Shown: positions 38,815-51,625 of the stretch, one piece after another | How positions within the stretch are numbered: the first letter of the stretch is position 1 | Layout of the letters: each line of letters begins with the position of its first letter | NCBI RefSeq assembly: GCF_004010195.1 | Contig: NC_057719.1 | Coordinates: 32,556,537 to 32,620,536 of the forward strand | Direction of reading: 5' to 3' | From: Chiloscyllium plagiosum | Lineage: Eukaryota | DNA length: 64,000 bases | Position numbers and translations under genes: made by a program | Notes under the pieces: generated by a model | Databases searched by the model: none | Told to the model about the DNA's origin: nothing | The model's input: only the letters and a program-made list of their open reading frames with translations

Positions 38815-39935
38815 AACGAGGTTGCTATTTGAGAAAGCAATGTCTGCACTTAGCCTAGCATTTGACATCAAGGCCACATTTGACTGGGTGTGACATCAAG
38901 GAGCCTTAGCCATATTGCAATTAATAGGAATCAGGGAGATGATGGATCTGTTGCTTGAGGTCAGTCATCTCAGCTCCAGAACATCTCTTCAAATGTTCCT
39001 CAGGGTAATGTCCTAGGCCCAACAATCATCAGCTGCTTCATCAATGACCTTCCCGCTATCATAAGGTCAGATCATAAATTTGCTGGTGATTGTGCAATAT
39101 TCAGCACCCTTCATAATTGCTCAGATATTGAAACAGTCCATGACCAAATGCAACAAGACCTGGACAATATCCAAGTTTGGACTGAAAAGTGACAAGTAAC
39201 ATTTGAGCCACAGAAATGCTAAATAATGACCATCGCCAACAAAAGAGAATTGAGACCACTTCTTGACATTCAGTGCTGTTATCATCCTGGGGTTACCATT
39301 CACCAGTAATTGAACTAGACTCACCATACGATTGCTGTGGCTAAAAGAGCAGGTCAACATTTAGGAATCCTGCAATGAGTAACTCAGCTCCTGACTCCCC
39401 AAAGCCCATCCACCATCTACAAGGCATGTCAGTAGTGTGGTGGAATACTCCAAACTTTCCTAAATGGGTGCAGCTCCAACAGCACTCAAGAAGCTTGACA
39501 TCATCAAGGACAAAATAGCATGCTTGATTGGCACCAAATTCACAAGCATCCACTCCCTCCATCACTGATACACAGCAATAGCAATGTGCATTATCTATGG
39601 GATTTGCTGCAGAAATTCACCAAAGATCCTTAGACAACACCCTTCAAACCCACAACCACTACCATCTTAAAGGACAAAGACAGCAAATACATTGGAATAC
39701 CACAACCTTGAAACTCCTCTGAGAGCCTACTGTCCTGACTTGGAAATATATTACCATTCCTTCCCGTTACTGAATCAAAATCATGGAATTTCTTCCTTAA
39801 CGGTATTGTGTGCTTATCTACATCAAGTGATGTGCAGTGGTTCAAGGAGGCAGCTCAATGATTGGCCATAAGGATGGGCAATAAATGCTAGCGAAGATAG
39901 TAATGGCCACATCTCATGAGTTATTTAAAAAAATG
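38815..39935 (+). mobile_element. Old CR1/L2-like LINE, RT C-terminal half to 3' end
   Basis: FDIKATFDWV*HQGAL, VPQGNVLGPTIISCFINDLP, KFAGD motifs; ends gggcaataaatgctag...ccacatctcatgag plus A-run. Confidence 0.75.
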
Positions 39936-40306
39936 CCTGCATGAAAACAGCAGTGAAAGTGGTTTCAAACACTTGTGATTGAAGTGTTGTGAGGAGCAGG
40001 GGTGCGCATCTTTGCTCACCATTCAAATTAGAAGCCATAGTCGCCTAACAATCACATTGCATCGTTGCTGCTTCCAAACCCCCTCAGTAAGCTTCTTTCT
40101 GTCAGTCACTCTGATCACCAGAGATCCATGACAAAGAGTGCAGAACAATCATAGAATTGTTACAGTGTAGAGCAGGCCATACACTCCAGGTGTGCCTGCT
40201 CCAGTTCTACAACCTAGTGACAATCTTCTACTTTTTTTGCCCATCCCTGCATACCATTTGAATCCAAGTAATTATCCAATACCCTCTTGAATGCCTGTTG
40301 AATAAG

Positions 40307-41191
40307 GAGAAAGTGAGGACTGCAGATGCTGGAGATCAGAGTCGAGAGTGTGGTGCTGGAAAAGCACAGCCGGTCAGGCATCATCCGAGGAGCAGGAGAA
40401 TCGATATTTTGGGCATAAGCTCTTCATTGGGAATGAGGCTTGTGCATGGGGGTTGAGAGATAAAAGGATGAGGGGGTGGGGTTGGGAGGATGTAGCTGGG
40501 AAAGCGATAAGTGGATGAAGGTAAGGGAGAAGGTGATAGGTCAGAGGGGGCGGTGCTGGACGGGTCCAGAGGGTGGTGAAAATTGGAGGCTTGGGACTGG
40601 GATAATGTGGGGGAAGGGGAAATGATGAAGCTAATGAAATCCGCATCTGTCCTGTGTGGTTGTAGGATCACAAGGCAGAATATGAGTCATTCCTCTTCCA
40701 GGTGTTGGATGGTAATGGTTTGGTGGTGGAGGAGGCCCAGGATCTGCATGTCCTTGATGGAGTGGGAGGGGGAGTTGAAGTGTTCAGTCATGGGGCAATG
40801 GAGTTGGTGGATTGGGTGTCCCAAAGATGTTCTCTGAAACAAACTGTAAAAAGGCCCCCGATCTCCCCGATGTAGTAATTAACATTCTCAGACTGACCAA
40901 TTTGACAATCATGGTCTTACGTTATAATGGGTTTCAATTGATTACGGGTCACTAGTGTGTTCAATTTGTTAATTACTGCAGCAGAGAAGGACACAAATAT
41001 AAAGCTCTGATTCACAGTTGGTCAGAAGTCTAATGTATCGAGGGCAGATCAATTGACTATAAATTGGCATTTATTATAATTGAAAATTATTGCAACAGCG
41101 GAAAGAGAAACATACCAGGAGTAATTGAAGAGACTTCTGCATACTCGGTGCAATGGATGCAGTAGATGACATTGGTAGAGGTACAGGTAAA
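40307..41191 (-). mobile_element. 5'-truncated PLE (family A) containing a 269-bp copy of nearby host DNA
   Basis: pLTR/tail at 40307-40435, GIY-YIG end 40600-40875, PLE sequence resumes 41146-41191; TSD ttgaataag 40298-40306 / 41192-41200. Confidence 0.8.
40877..41145 (+). repeat. Direct duplicate of 42705-42975
   Basis: cattctcagactgaccaatttgac...gagacttctgcatact present twice, about 8 substitutions. Confidence 0.95.
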
Positions 41192-44070
41192 TTGAATAAG
41201 AACATGTATTCACTTCAATTGTGCACATTTTGAAGTGAGTTGTTAAATTGTTAAAATACTGGTTTAAATGTAATCCAACATCACTAAAAGAGAGAATATT
41301 TATATCTAATGCAGCAAGGATTGAAAGTTACCTCAGCTTTTTGGAAAGATCCAGAAACATCTCTATTAAGTCATGAATAGAAGAACAAAGATCATGTTAG
41401 ATGTGGACATGAAGTTCCTAATTCATGGCATTTTTAAGTGCAAACAGAGATTCTGTATAGATTTGATCCATCTATAACTCTGTTGAATTAAGAATCTGCC
41501 CATTTCATATTAGAAATCATTAACTGGAAGTGCTTGTCAGAAATGTATTTTATGCTAATAAATCTAAATTTGAAGAGGTTGCTTCAGTTATTTTTAGTTA
41601 TAATTATAAGACAGATCAAACACTTCACAGAATCCCAAAGATCAATGCCCATCAGGTCTGATTGTCAAAAGCTTAGTGTTTAACATCAAAGTTCAGTGAG
41701 ATTATTTAGCAAACTGCTGAACTGATATGAACAGCAAAGTAACGCAGGTAACCAAAGGGATTTAATGTATTTTGAAAAATATAAGTTATTTATAAAATTT
41801 GTGAGCACATTAGATAACCATTCAAAGTTAATAGTACATGAAGTGCAAACCAGATTGGTTTCTTGATATATGTCACTCAATACAATTACAGTTACACTTC
41901 ATATTTATTACAATCATTTGATATCCAGTTACAGTTTGAGAGAGGTCTTATAATTTCCAGATGCTCGATATACTTGGCTGAACTGCCTTAGACAGTGGCC
42001 TTTCTTCACTGCACTGTTGCAGCAGCAATCTCAAATTGTGGTTTGTGCCTCAGCACTCAGATCTGGGCCTTAGAACGTGCCAGTCTGAAACATTGGACAG
42101 TTCTTTGCACTGAAAGAGTGATAGATTTCAGGGAGACTAAAGAGCATCTCTGATGGTGCTGTACTCCAACTGCAGCTAATGTTTTTGTAGAGTGCATGGG
42201 TTGGGCAAAAGCATATCTGGGAAAAAAATGATGCATTACAAATGCTACATAACACGCACAATTATTTTTAAAACTTGTAATCAATGGAAAACTAAATTTT
42301 ATCTAACATTCCCACAACTTTTATGGACAAGAATCCCACATTTTGGAATATTATGAATGTCAGCACAACCAAAGTGCAAATAGCATTTTGAAAAAAGAGC
42401 TTTGTTTTTTCCAAAAAAAAATTTACTCTATGTTCTTTTTCATTTTGAACTTACTGATATGGAGTCATTGCACTTTTCACTCACATCATGTTGGAAGAGA
42501 TTATGTAAAATATGTGCCATTACAGTGAACAAATATCTGGGTTTTGAAATGAAGATCATAAATAAGTTTCCTCATAAACTTATTAGTGTGAACCCAAATA
42601 TAAAATTAACAATGAATCATTACAATCAATTTCATAATTGAACTTAATGGATCTGGGGCCAGAATAGGGTCTACTTCAACATCACTCACAAATGGATTGC
42701 CAGGAATTTAACCATTCTCAGACTGACCAATTTGACAATCATGGTCTTACATTATAATGGGTTTCAATTGATTACGGGTCACTAGTGTGTTCAATTTGTT
42801 AATTACTGCAGCAGAGAAGGATGCAACTATAAAGCTCTGATTCACTGTTGGTCAGAAGTATAATGTATTGAGGGCAGATCAATTGACTATAAATTGGCAT
42901 TTATTATAATTGAAAGTTATTGCAACAGCGGAAAGAGAAACATACCAGGAGTAATTGAAGAGACTTCTGCATACTGCAGATCTGCTGATTAATCCATTAT
43001 TAATGTGATCAAAAGTGCCAGTGTGCCCAAGAATCTGGGCAAAAAATAATGAATCATTTCTGTATTGTTAGGCTGAAAGTAGATGATGATTTTTTAAGGT
43101 CTGACCAAAATGTTTACAAGAAGGCATGTGGGCTTTCTGGTAAAGCAAATGTATTGACTTAATTTATACATACTGCTATATCGCATGTTTCTTCAACACA
43201 AATTGTCTTTAATGTGATTGAAAATGTTAGACCATTTTTTGTAGGATACAAGCCTTCCTTATCTGTATTGACTATAATGCGATTCTGGTCCCATTACTTT
43301 AAATGGTGCAGCGATTGTACGATTTTCTTACAATATTTACAATTATCACACAAGAATGGAACTACCGTGTTATATCAGAACCTACTACATACAAACCTAT
43401 GAGAAACCCTATTAACTTAAACTACATAATATGATTTATTAAGGATATATGCAGCCGACTGAGTGAATTAAACAATGGCTGGTTTGGAGAACTTGGAGTT
43501 CCTGGCTCCGTTCGTGATTCCTGTCTGAGCTGAAGTCCACTGAGTGGGACAAAGTCCCTGGTATTAGTATTATTCTGAATCTAAGATTACATGCTGTATC
43601 ACCATTTCGTAGTACTTTCCCAGGCATTGCATTATACAGAAAACATCATCTGGGTGGCTCCATGTTGTCCATATAAAAGAATGGTTCCCACACACAAATC
43701 AGTGTCACAGGGTAACCTTTCACTCAAAACATGCTGTTAGAGCATTAGATCTGTTTTTCACGTACTTTTCCACTTTATTTCAATTGATCATGGTCATGTC
43801 GAATTAACCCTTTATAATTAACCCTGAATGGTCTGGTTTGAAGACAGTTTTTTCCTGTCTACCTGTGACTCCACTCTCCAAACTCTATCTTTTATCTTTT
43901 TTCCTAAAACTTTATTAACATTGCCCATACTGTACAATTTATGCCATGGGAAGTTGTTACATAAAAAAAATTGCAAGATTACTCCAGTGTGCTAAAGTGC
44001 TTAAAAAAACACATTCATTTTTCATCCGACACCTTTAGAAAATAAAGGACCCTACATTTCCTTTTAATTC

Positions 44071-44886
44071 ACAGATGGAGTTTAATTTAGATAAATGTGA
44101 AGTGTTGCATTTTGGTGGGGCAAGTCAGGGCAGGACTTATGCACTTAATGGTAATGTCCTAGGGAGTGGTTCTGAACAAAGAGACCTTGGAGCGCAGATT
44201 CATAGTACCTTGAAAGCAATGCCACAGGTAGACAGAATGGTGAGGAAGGCGTTTGGTATGCTTGCCTTAATTGGTCAGTGCATTGACCATAGGAGTTGGG
44301 AGATCGTGTTATTATGGTACAGGATACTGGTTACTCACCTTTTGAATACTGTATTCAATTCTGGTCTTCCTGCTGTAAGAAAGATGTTGTGAAAGTTGAA
44401 AGGGTTCAGGAAAGATCTACGAAGATGTTGCCAGTGTTGGAATGTTTGAGCTATAGGGAGAGGTTGAATAGGCTGGGGTTGTTTTCCCTGGAGCATCAGA
44501 GGCTGAGGGGTGACCTTATAGCGGTTTATAACATCATGCAAGGCATGGATAGGGTGAATAACCAAAGTCTTTTTCCCAGGGTAGGTGAATCCAAAACTAG
44601 AGGGCATAGGTTTAAGTTGAGAGGAGAAAGATTTAAAGAGGACCTAAAGGGCAACTTTTTCACACAGAGGGTAGTACGTGTATGGAATGAGCTGCCAGAG
44701 GAAGTGGTGGAGGCTGGTACAATTACAACATTTACATGCATCTGGATGGGTATATGAATAGGAAGGGTTTAGCTAGATATGGGCCAAATGCTGGCAAATG
44801 GGAGTAGATTGATTTCGGATATCTGGTTGACATGGACATGTTGGACTGAAGGTTTGATTTCCATGCTGTACAACTCTATGACTCTA
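44071..44886 (+). mobile_element. 5'-truncated CR1/HER1 LINE
   Basis: ORFs 44075-44392 (MEFNLDKCEVLHFG) and 44296-44757 (RLRGDLI, TRGH, WNELP); tail ctctatgactcta. Confidence 0.92.
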
Positions 44887-45335
44887 CAAAAACCTACAGT
44901 CCATAACCCTTCCACCAACATTTTGCTGCGACTAGTGCCAGACCAAACCAATGTTGAAGCTGCTGTTCCTCAGGGACCGCCTTTCAACTGTGGGCATACC
45001 TCACTGACATTGCCTCTGCTGATGTAGCAGCCAATGCTGGGTCCCATGTTCATCCCTTTGCCAGCTGCCTTCTCACTGCCGAATACCAACGTCTCGCGCT
45101 GGGCTCACCAGCCACCACCACGCTCCAGACCTTGACAAAGTTGTTTTCCTGTCACCTTTCTCATCGATGTCATCGCTGTGATGCTGCCACAACTGAGCTC
45201 TCTCCAAAAGGTAAGTAGTACAAAAACTAACAAAAAGAGAAAAGAAGAACAGGAAAGAAAAAAAGGAAAAGCAGACAGAGTCTCTCTCCACGAGCAGAAA
45301 TGCCACCACCTTCTTTCCTATACCTCATACTTACA

Positions 45336-45640
45336 GAATCATAGAGTCTCAGAGATGTACAGCACAGAAACAGACCCTTCAGTCCCATTAGTTTATGCCA
45401 ACCAGGCATCCTAAATTAATCTAGTCCCATTAGCCACCACTTGTCCCATATCCCTCAAAACACTTTCTATACATCCATCCAGATGCCTTTTAAATGTTGT
45501 AATTGTACCAGCCTCCACCACTTCCTCTGGCAGCTCATTCCATACATGCACCACCGTCTGTATGAAAAAGTTGCCCCTTCGGTCCATTTTAATCTCTTTC
45601 TCCTCTCACCCTAAACCTATGCCCTCTAGTTCTGGACTCT
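45336..45640 (-). mobile_element. CR1/HER1 3' fragment
   Basis: Reverse-complement match to 44590-44886. Confidence 0.85.
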
Positions 45641-46249
45641 TATTCTCACTCTTTCTCTGCTACTGTATCCATGTCCCACAAAGGCACATTCTTTACCAGT
45701 CTTACTATTGCCTGCTATATCTTCCCTCAGCTGATATCACCCACCCAAATCCTCGACTACACCAAGTCTGCATTCACACTGCATAGGAAACTCACTTGCT
45801 CAGCACACTTGCCCACCTGTACCAAGCAAAATCATCAGTAATACCTGCCTCTCCCACCATGAAGAAAGAAGCATCCAGCAGGAAACACACAGTGAAGACG
45901 AATGGTGGCCTACCTGATATTCAGCTCTATACCTCTTACATCCTGTCTCGGAGCACCTGGGTGACTGACTGATTGTGACCTTGAACTAGTATTGGAAACT
46001 GACCTTATCTTTCTATGCTGGGACAGTGAAGGCTATCCCTCTTGATTTGACTGAGGCCTGCTGACAACCCTCTGCCTTTGTGTCTGTGGTAAACAGCAAG
46101 GTAACACAGAAGTAACTTGATCCTGGTATCTCTGCCAGAGGGAGCAAAGCACTAAAAGTCAAGCAAGTCAGAAAAAATGTGTGCATCCAGGTATGATTCG
46201 AATGAGTGAGGGCTTTGTCAGTGACCCAAGACTGGACCAGCTTGTATCT

Positions 46250-46830
46250 CTGGGCTCTATGAGCTGGGTATATGTTTCTGAGCACATTGTCCTTGCTGTA
46301 GCATTACAATGGTAGAAGGCGCAATTACTGAAGTGCAGAAATGTCCTGCAAGGACTGGAGATGAGCCGTGAGAGTTTGTAGAGGCAAGATGATGTATTTC
46401 CACAGGACGACTAAGAGATTTATGGTTCAATGTGAGAACAGAGTGGGAGTGGGATAGGATGGCCTGAAAAGTTTACCCTACAAAATCGACCCGAGGGCCT
46501 CACAGCAGTGCTACAACAAGTCGACAACATGACCTCACCTCTGTGATCAAGATCATGAAATTACAGTCATGTGACAGCTCCAACATATTGGCCCCAGTCA
46601 CTCACCAATAGCACTCCCGTGCACTCAGGACTCCAATCAGATGTCTGACCATCACCTGCCTTCAAATGTCTGCCATGACAGGTGTATCACACAAACACAA
46701 AAATTAGCCCTCTCTTCTACAGGACAAATTGGTAAACAACAAAGGGAAGAAGAGCATAACTGATGAGTGACAATGATGTCTGTATCTCCTGAGCCCTTTG
46801 GAGGAGATGAATGATATTCACATCACTGTG
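46250..46830 (+). mobile_element. Possible Harbinger Myb/SANT remnant
   Basis: ctctcttctacag then DKLVNNKGKKSITDE*...YLLSPLEEM, analogous to the 3760-3838 segment; very degraded. Confidence 0.35.
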
Positions 46831-46971
46831 CTCATCAAATGAAAGCAGTCCACTTCTTACTTCCCTACTTCCATGACTCATGATTTGGAGCAATTTATAA
46901 TGAGGTTATTAAAGTTTAGGAAGAAGGTTCATCTGGATGTAAATTTGCTCGCTGAGCTGGAAGGTTCATTT

Positions 46972-47011
46972 TCAGACGTTTCATCACCATACTAGGTAAT
47001 ATCTTCAGTGA
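46972..47011 (-). ncRNA. Minimal hammerhead ribozyme motif (left arm)
   Basis: Minus: tca CTGAAGA t ATTACC-tagtat-GGTGAT GAAA CG TC tga; stem II 6 bp, stem I tca/tga. Confidence 0.72.
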
Positions 47012-47233
47012 GCCCCCAGACGAAGCATTGCTGATGATTCCTGCTTTCTATTTATATGTTTGGGTTTCTTTGGGTTGGCAATGTCATTTCCTGTGATGAT
47101 GTCATTTCCTATGGTGATGGTGTCATTTCACCATCGGAAATTACATCACCACCAGAAATGACATCGCCAATCCAAAGAAACCCAAACATATAAATAGAAA
47201 GCAGGAATCATCAGCAATGCTTCGTCCGGAGGC

Positions 47234-47273
47234 TCACTGAAGATGTTACTTAGTATGGTGATGAAACGTCTGA
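47234..47273 (+). ncRNA. Minimal hammerhead ribozyme motif (right arm)
   Basis: tca CTGAAGA (47237-47243) t GTTACT-tagtat-GGTGAT GAAA (47263-47266) CG TC tga. Confidence 0.68.
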
Positions 47274-47559
47274 AAATGAACTTTTCAGCTCAGCGAGCAA
47301 ACCTACATCCAGAACCTCAACCTGAGCTGCAAATCTTCTCAAAACTCACTAAGAAGTTTCATCACTGGCAAATAAGTCAATGTGTTTCATCTTTTAAAAT
47401 TCCTCCCTTTACTCAGAAAGACTTTCCTCTCAGTGGGAAACTTTTCAAATCCCATTCTCTCTGCTGAGTGACAACTGGATTCAGATCTAATGGAAAAACT
47501 CACATAGGAGTCAACAGTTTTATTAATGATTAAGATTTGTCTCTAATTTATATAATTTC

Positions 47560-49935
47560 ATTATACAGTCATACAGCACTGAAGAGGCTTTTCAGCCCAT
47601 CAATTCTGCACTAACCTATCAACACCAATCCCACGTTTCAGCATTTGACCCACAGCCTTGAATGTTATGACATTTCATATGCTCATTCACATAAAGACTT
47701 CCTGCTGTGACTACCTTTCCAAATAGTGTATTACAGATTCCCACCTCCCCAGAGTGAATTTATTTCCTCAAATCTCCTCAAGTTCTTTTGCCTTTTACCT
47801 TAAAACTGTGCTCCATAATTATTGATTAAATAATTAGGGACCAGCTAGTTTCTGTCCACCCTGCCCATGCCCCTCATAATGTTATGTATCTCAGTCAGGT
47901 TCTCTTTAGCTTTATCAACTCTAAAGGAAACAATCTGATCTTTATTAGATTAGATTCTCTACAGTGTGGAAACAGGCCCTTCGGCCCAACAAGTCCCTAC
48001 CAACCCTCCGAACAGTAACCCACCCAGTCCCATTTCCCTCTGATGAATGCACCTAACACTATGGGCAATTTCGCATTGCCAATTTACCTGACCTGCACAT
48101 CTTTGGACTGTGGGAGGAAACCAGAGCACCCGGAGGAAAACCATGCAGGCACAGGGAGAATGCACAAACTCCACACAGGCAGTCGCCCCGAGGCTGGAAT
48201 CTAACCTGGGACACTGGCACTGTGAGGCAGCAGTGCTAACCACTGAGCCACTGAACTCCTTTACTGAGTTATCGAGTTTCCCTTTATAATTGAAATGCTC
48301 CATTTACAGTAACATCCTGGTGAATCTCCTCTGCACCCCATCTAGTGCAATTTTGTCCTTCCTATAGTGTAGTGACTAGAACTGCATGCAGTAATCCAGC
48401 TATCGTGTAGTCAAAGTTTTATACATCTCCAACATTATCATCCTGTTCTTATAATCTATGCCAAGACTGGTAAACATAAATGTGCTGTATGTCTTCTTAA
48501 ACATCCTCTTAAATTGTCCAGTTGCTTTCAGGGAAATGTGGACAAGCCCCCCAAGATCTGTCTTCCTCTGCGCTTCCAGTATCCTCCCATTTATTGTCTT
48601 GTTATTTCTTCCAAAGTACATCACCTCGCACTATTCCATCTTTCACCGATTTGCTCATCTGACCAATGCAATTATATCCTCCTATAAACTAGGACCTTGT
48701 TTTTTTACTATTAAACAACCGTGCAATCTTCATGTCATCCAGAACCCTACTTATCATCCCCCCTCCTCAACATTCTCATCTGTACCATGAACAATCAGGG
48801 ACCGACACTGGACACTGGTCTCCAATCACACAAACAACTTTTCACCAGCACATTCTGTTTCCTAGCACTAAACCAATTTTGGATCCATCTTGTGAAGTTA
48901 CGCTGGATCCCATATGTTTTACCTTCTTTATCAGTCTCCCATGTGGGGCCTTGTGAAAACTTTTGCTGAAATCCACATAAACTATGTCAACAGCACTACC
49001 CTCATCTGCACGCTCATCACCTCATCAAAAACTTAAATCAAATGTGTAAGGCATGACCTTCCTCTGACACAGCCATGTTGCCTATCCCTGATCAAATCTT
49101 GCCCCCTCAAATGGAGATTAATTCTTTCCTTCAGACCTTTTCTAATACTTTGCCAACTACTAATGTAAGACTCACTGGTCTCTCATTCCTTGGTTTCTCT
49201 CCACTTTCTTGAAAAGTGGAATCACATTTGCCATCCTCCAGTCCTCTGGTACTTCTCCTGTGTCTAGAGAGGAATTAGAAAATTATGACAGAGTCCCTGT
49301 AATTTTCTGCCTTGATTTCTACAGTAGCCTGGGATACAACCCATCCAGACCTGGGAATTTGTTGACTTTTAAGCCCACAAAAATCTCCTCACTCCCTAAG
49401 CCAATCTGTTCAAGAACATCACATCCAAAGCCTCAAATTCTGTATGTGTATCTTCTTTCTCTCGAGTGAAGATGGGAGTCAAGTACTCATTTAAGGCTCT
49501 ACCTCCAGCTCCACACTCAGGTTGTCCTTAATAAGCCATACTGTTTCCCTGGTTATCCTCTTGCCCTTGATATACTTATAGAATATCCTTGGATTCGCCC
49601 CAATTTTACCCACCAGTGTTTTCTTATACTGTCGTGTTGCTGTCCTGATTGCTTTCTTAAGATCCTCCCTATACTCCACTATACTTTTAATTACCTCCTT
49701 TTAAACTTGCCTTTAAACCTTCTTATCCAGTCCTGAATATTTCTGAGGTTTTCTGGGTTTGTTGCTCTGACATTTCTCCCTAAAGAGTGAATGTTGGGCC
49801 TGTACTCTCACCAATTCCATTTGGAACCACCCCCAACTGTTCTGCTGTCGATCTTCCCCCAAATTACTGTTCCCAGTTGACTTTGGCCAAATCCTGCCTC
49901 ATTTTAGTAAAAGATTACCTCTTTCCCTAGTGCAA
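47560..49935 (-). mobile_element. Old CR1 LINE interrupted by HE1
   Basis: Minus ORF remnants KIGANPRIFYKYIKGKR (49491-49679) and MYFGRNNK (48400-48624); VDIVYVDFSK at ~48960-48990. Confidence 0.8.
47945..48253 (-). mobile_element. HE1 SINE (variant subfamily)
   Basis: V-SINE core and tail; gatgaatgcacctaacact variant segment as in the 58219 copy. Confidence 0.88.
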
Positions 49936-50012
49936 AATCCTTTTTTACACATGCTTTATCCACAAGGCTATGTTTTGATTACATCACACAGAATTACAAC
50001 TTTAAAGGGCAA

Positions 50013-50252
50013 TCAGGCGACTGTGTGGAGTTTCCACATTCTCCCCGTGTCTGTGTGGGTTTCCTCCGGGTGGCTCCGGTTTCCTCCCACAGTCCAAAAA
50101 TGTGCAGGTTAGGTGAATTGGCCACGCTAAATTGCCCGTAGTGTTAGGTGAAGGGGTAAATGTAGGGGAATGGGTCTGGGTGGGTTGCGCTTCGGCGGGT
50201 CGGTGTGGACTTGTTGGGCTGAAGGGCCTGTTTCCACACTGTAACTAATCTA
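50013..50252 (+). mobile_element. 5'-truncated HE1 SINE
   Basis: Starts at tcaggcgactgtgtggag, lacks tRNA head; intact 3' end. Confidence 0.9.
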
Positions 50253-51625
50253 CATCTTAATTCAATAATTGTTGTCAGCAATCTGAGCAACAATGTACAT
50301 TTGAGAGATATAGGTTAGGGTTGGGCAAAATACAGTAAAACACCAAACCTGTGGATTTGTCTTTTTTGAGTAAATGACAAAGTAAAGTTTTTTCAGTGAG
50401 AGAGGTACATATATTGAGAATAATTTCAGCTTCTATAATTGTTTTTTTTTATTAAAACATGTATGGCTCTTCAGCCTAATTTTACTCAGCCCAGTGATTA
50501 GGCACTTCACTGGCTCACTTTAATAGCTGTGTCGTGGAGCAATAAGGCATTTGACATAAAACAATATGTTTAAACATCGCTTCATCAGATTGTTTCAGAA
50601 ATCTTTTCATTTTGTGTTTTTACTGACAATGACTGTGGAAAGGCACCCAGAGAAAAGGCAAATCGTAACACACAGTTCAAGATACAAATTCTTTTGCTAA
50701 TTTTTTTACGGTAAAGTTTTTTTTCATAGAGCTAGTGCGCAGTATTCTATTTGGTGAATTAAAACTCAGGAATACCACTTTATACCAATGAATACAATTG
50801 TCCTAAAATACTTTATGAAGAAAATGGGAAAATTAGAAAACATTTGTTTACATTGCCATAGCAATTTAGTTTCAATGACTACAATTTGTTACAGCCATCT
50901 TTTGAAAGAGAGTCTTTTGGCTGCAGTGCGCATTGAGCATTCAGTAGTGTGAAAACTTTTCTGTTCACAGATATTGCAAGATGTTCATATCAATGGCTAT
51001 TTAATGGATTTATAATCAGTGTTCTCACAGCTTACATAAGCATTATCCTTTGCTTGTTCTGATACGTACTTAAACATTAAATGTGCGTTTCTGAATAACT
51101 AGTTTACTTTTGACAATTTAAAGCAAGTTATGATTATTTTTCCCTCTAGCAGATCTTTTAAGAATTCCGTTCTGACACAAACTAATTGGGATAAAACATT
51201 AGCCATTTGCTTCATTACAGGCACTCCTTGAATTGCTGAGTATTCCCAGCAAAATCTCTTCTTTTTGTTACATATTATTCAAAATGTGTGCCTTACAAGA
51301 TGAAGGTTATCATGAGCAAATGATTGTCAGTAAAACGTGTGTGTAATCTCAGATACAGTTAAGCATGATTAAATGCTGATAATTAGGCTAAGAAGCAAAG
51401 CAAAAAAAAATTGTGGATCTGAAATTGCCAACAATTTCAATAAACAAAATGGTTAAGCAAAAATGAACTGGGCTTCAGGGAGTCATGGTCAGAACACAGC
51501 CTTGTCGAGTACAGAAGTCCTCTTTTTGTTCCCACAGGCTCTGGTAAATATTGTATTTTGTAAAACCTTGGGCTGAATTTTCCAAATCAAGGCCACTTTG
51601 GTCCATTTCTCTTTCCTGTCCCAGT

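Larger units (their letters stand above)
46934..47350. mobile_element. Hairpin mini-PLE, family C, ~170-bp arms
   Basis: Arms 46933-47095 / 47150-47312 with internal atgtcatttcc repeats; TSD aagaaggttcatc 46921-46933 / aagaagtttcatc 47351-47363. Confidence 0.9.
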
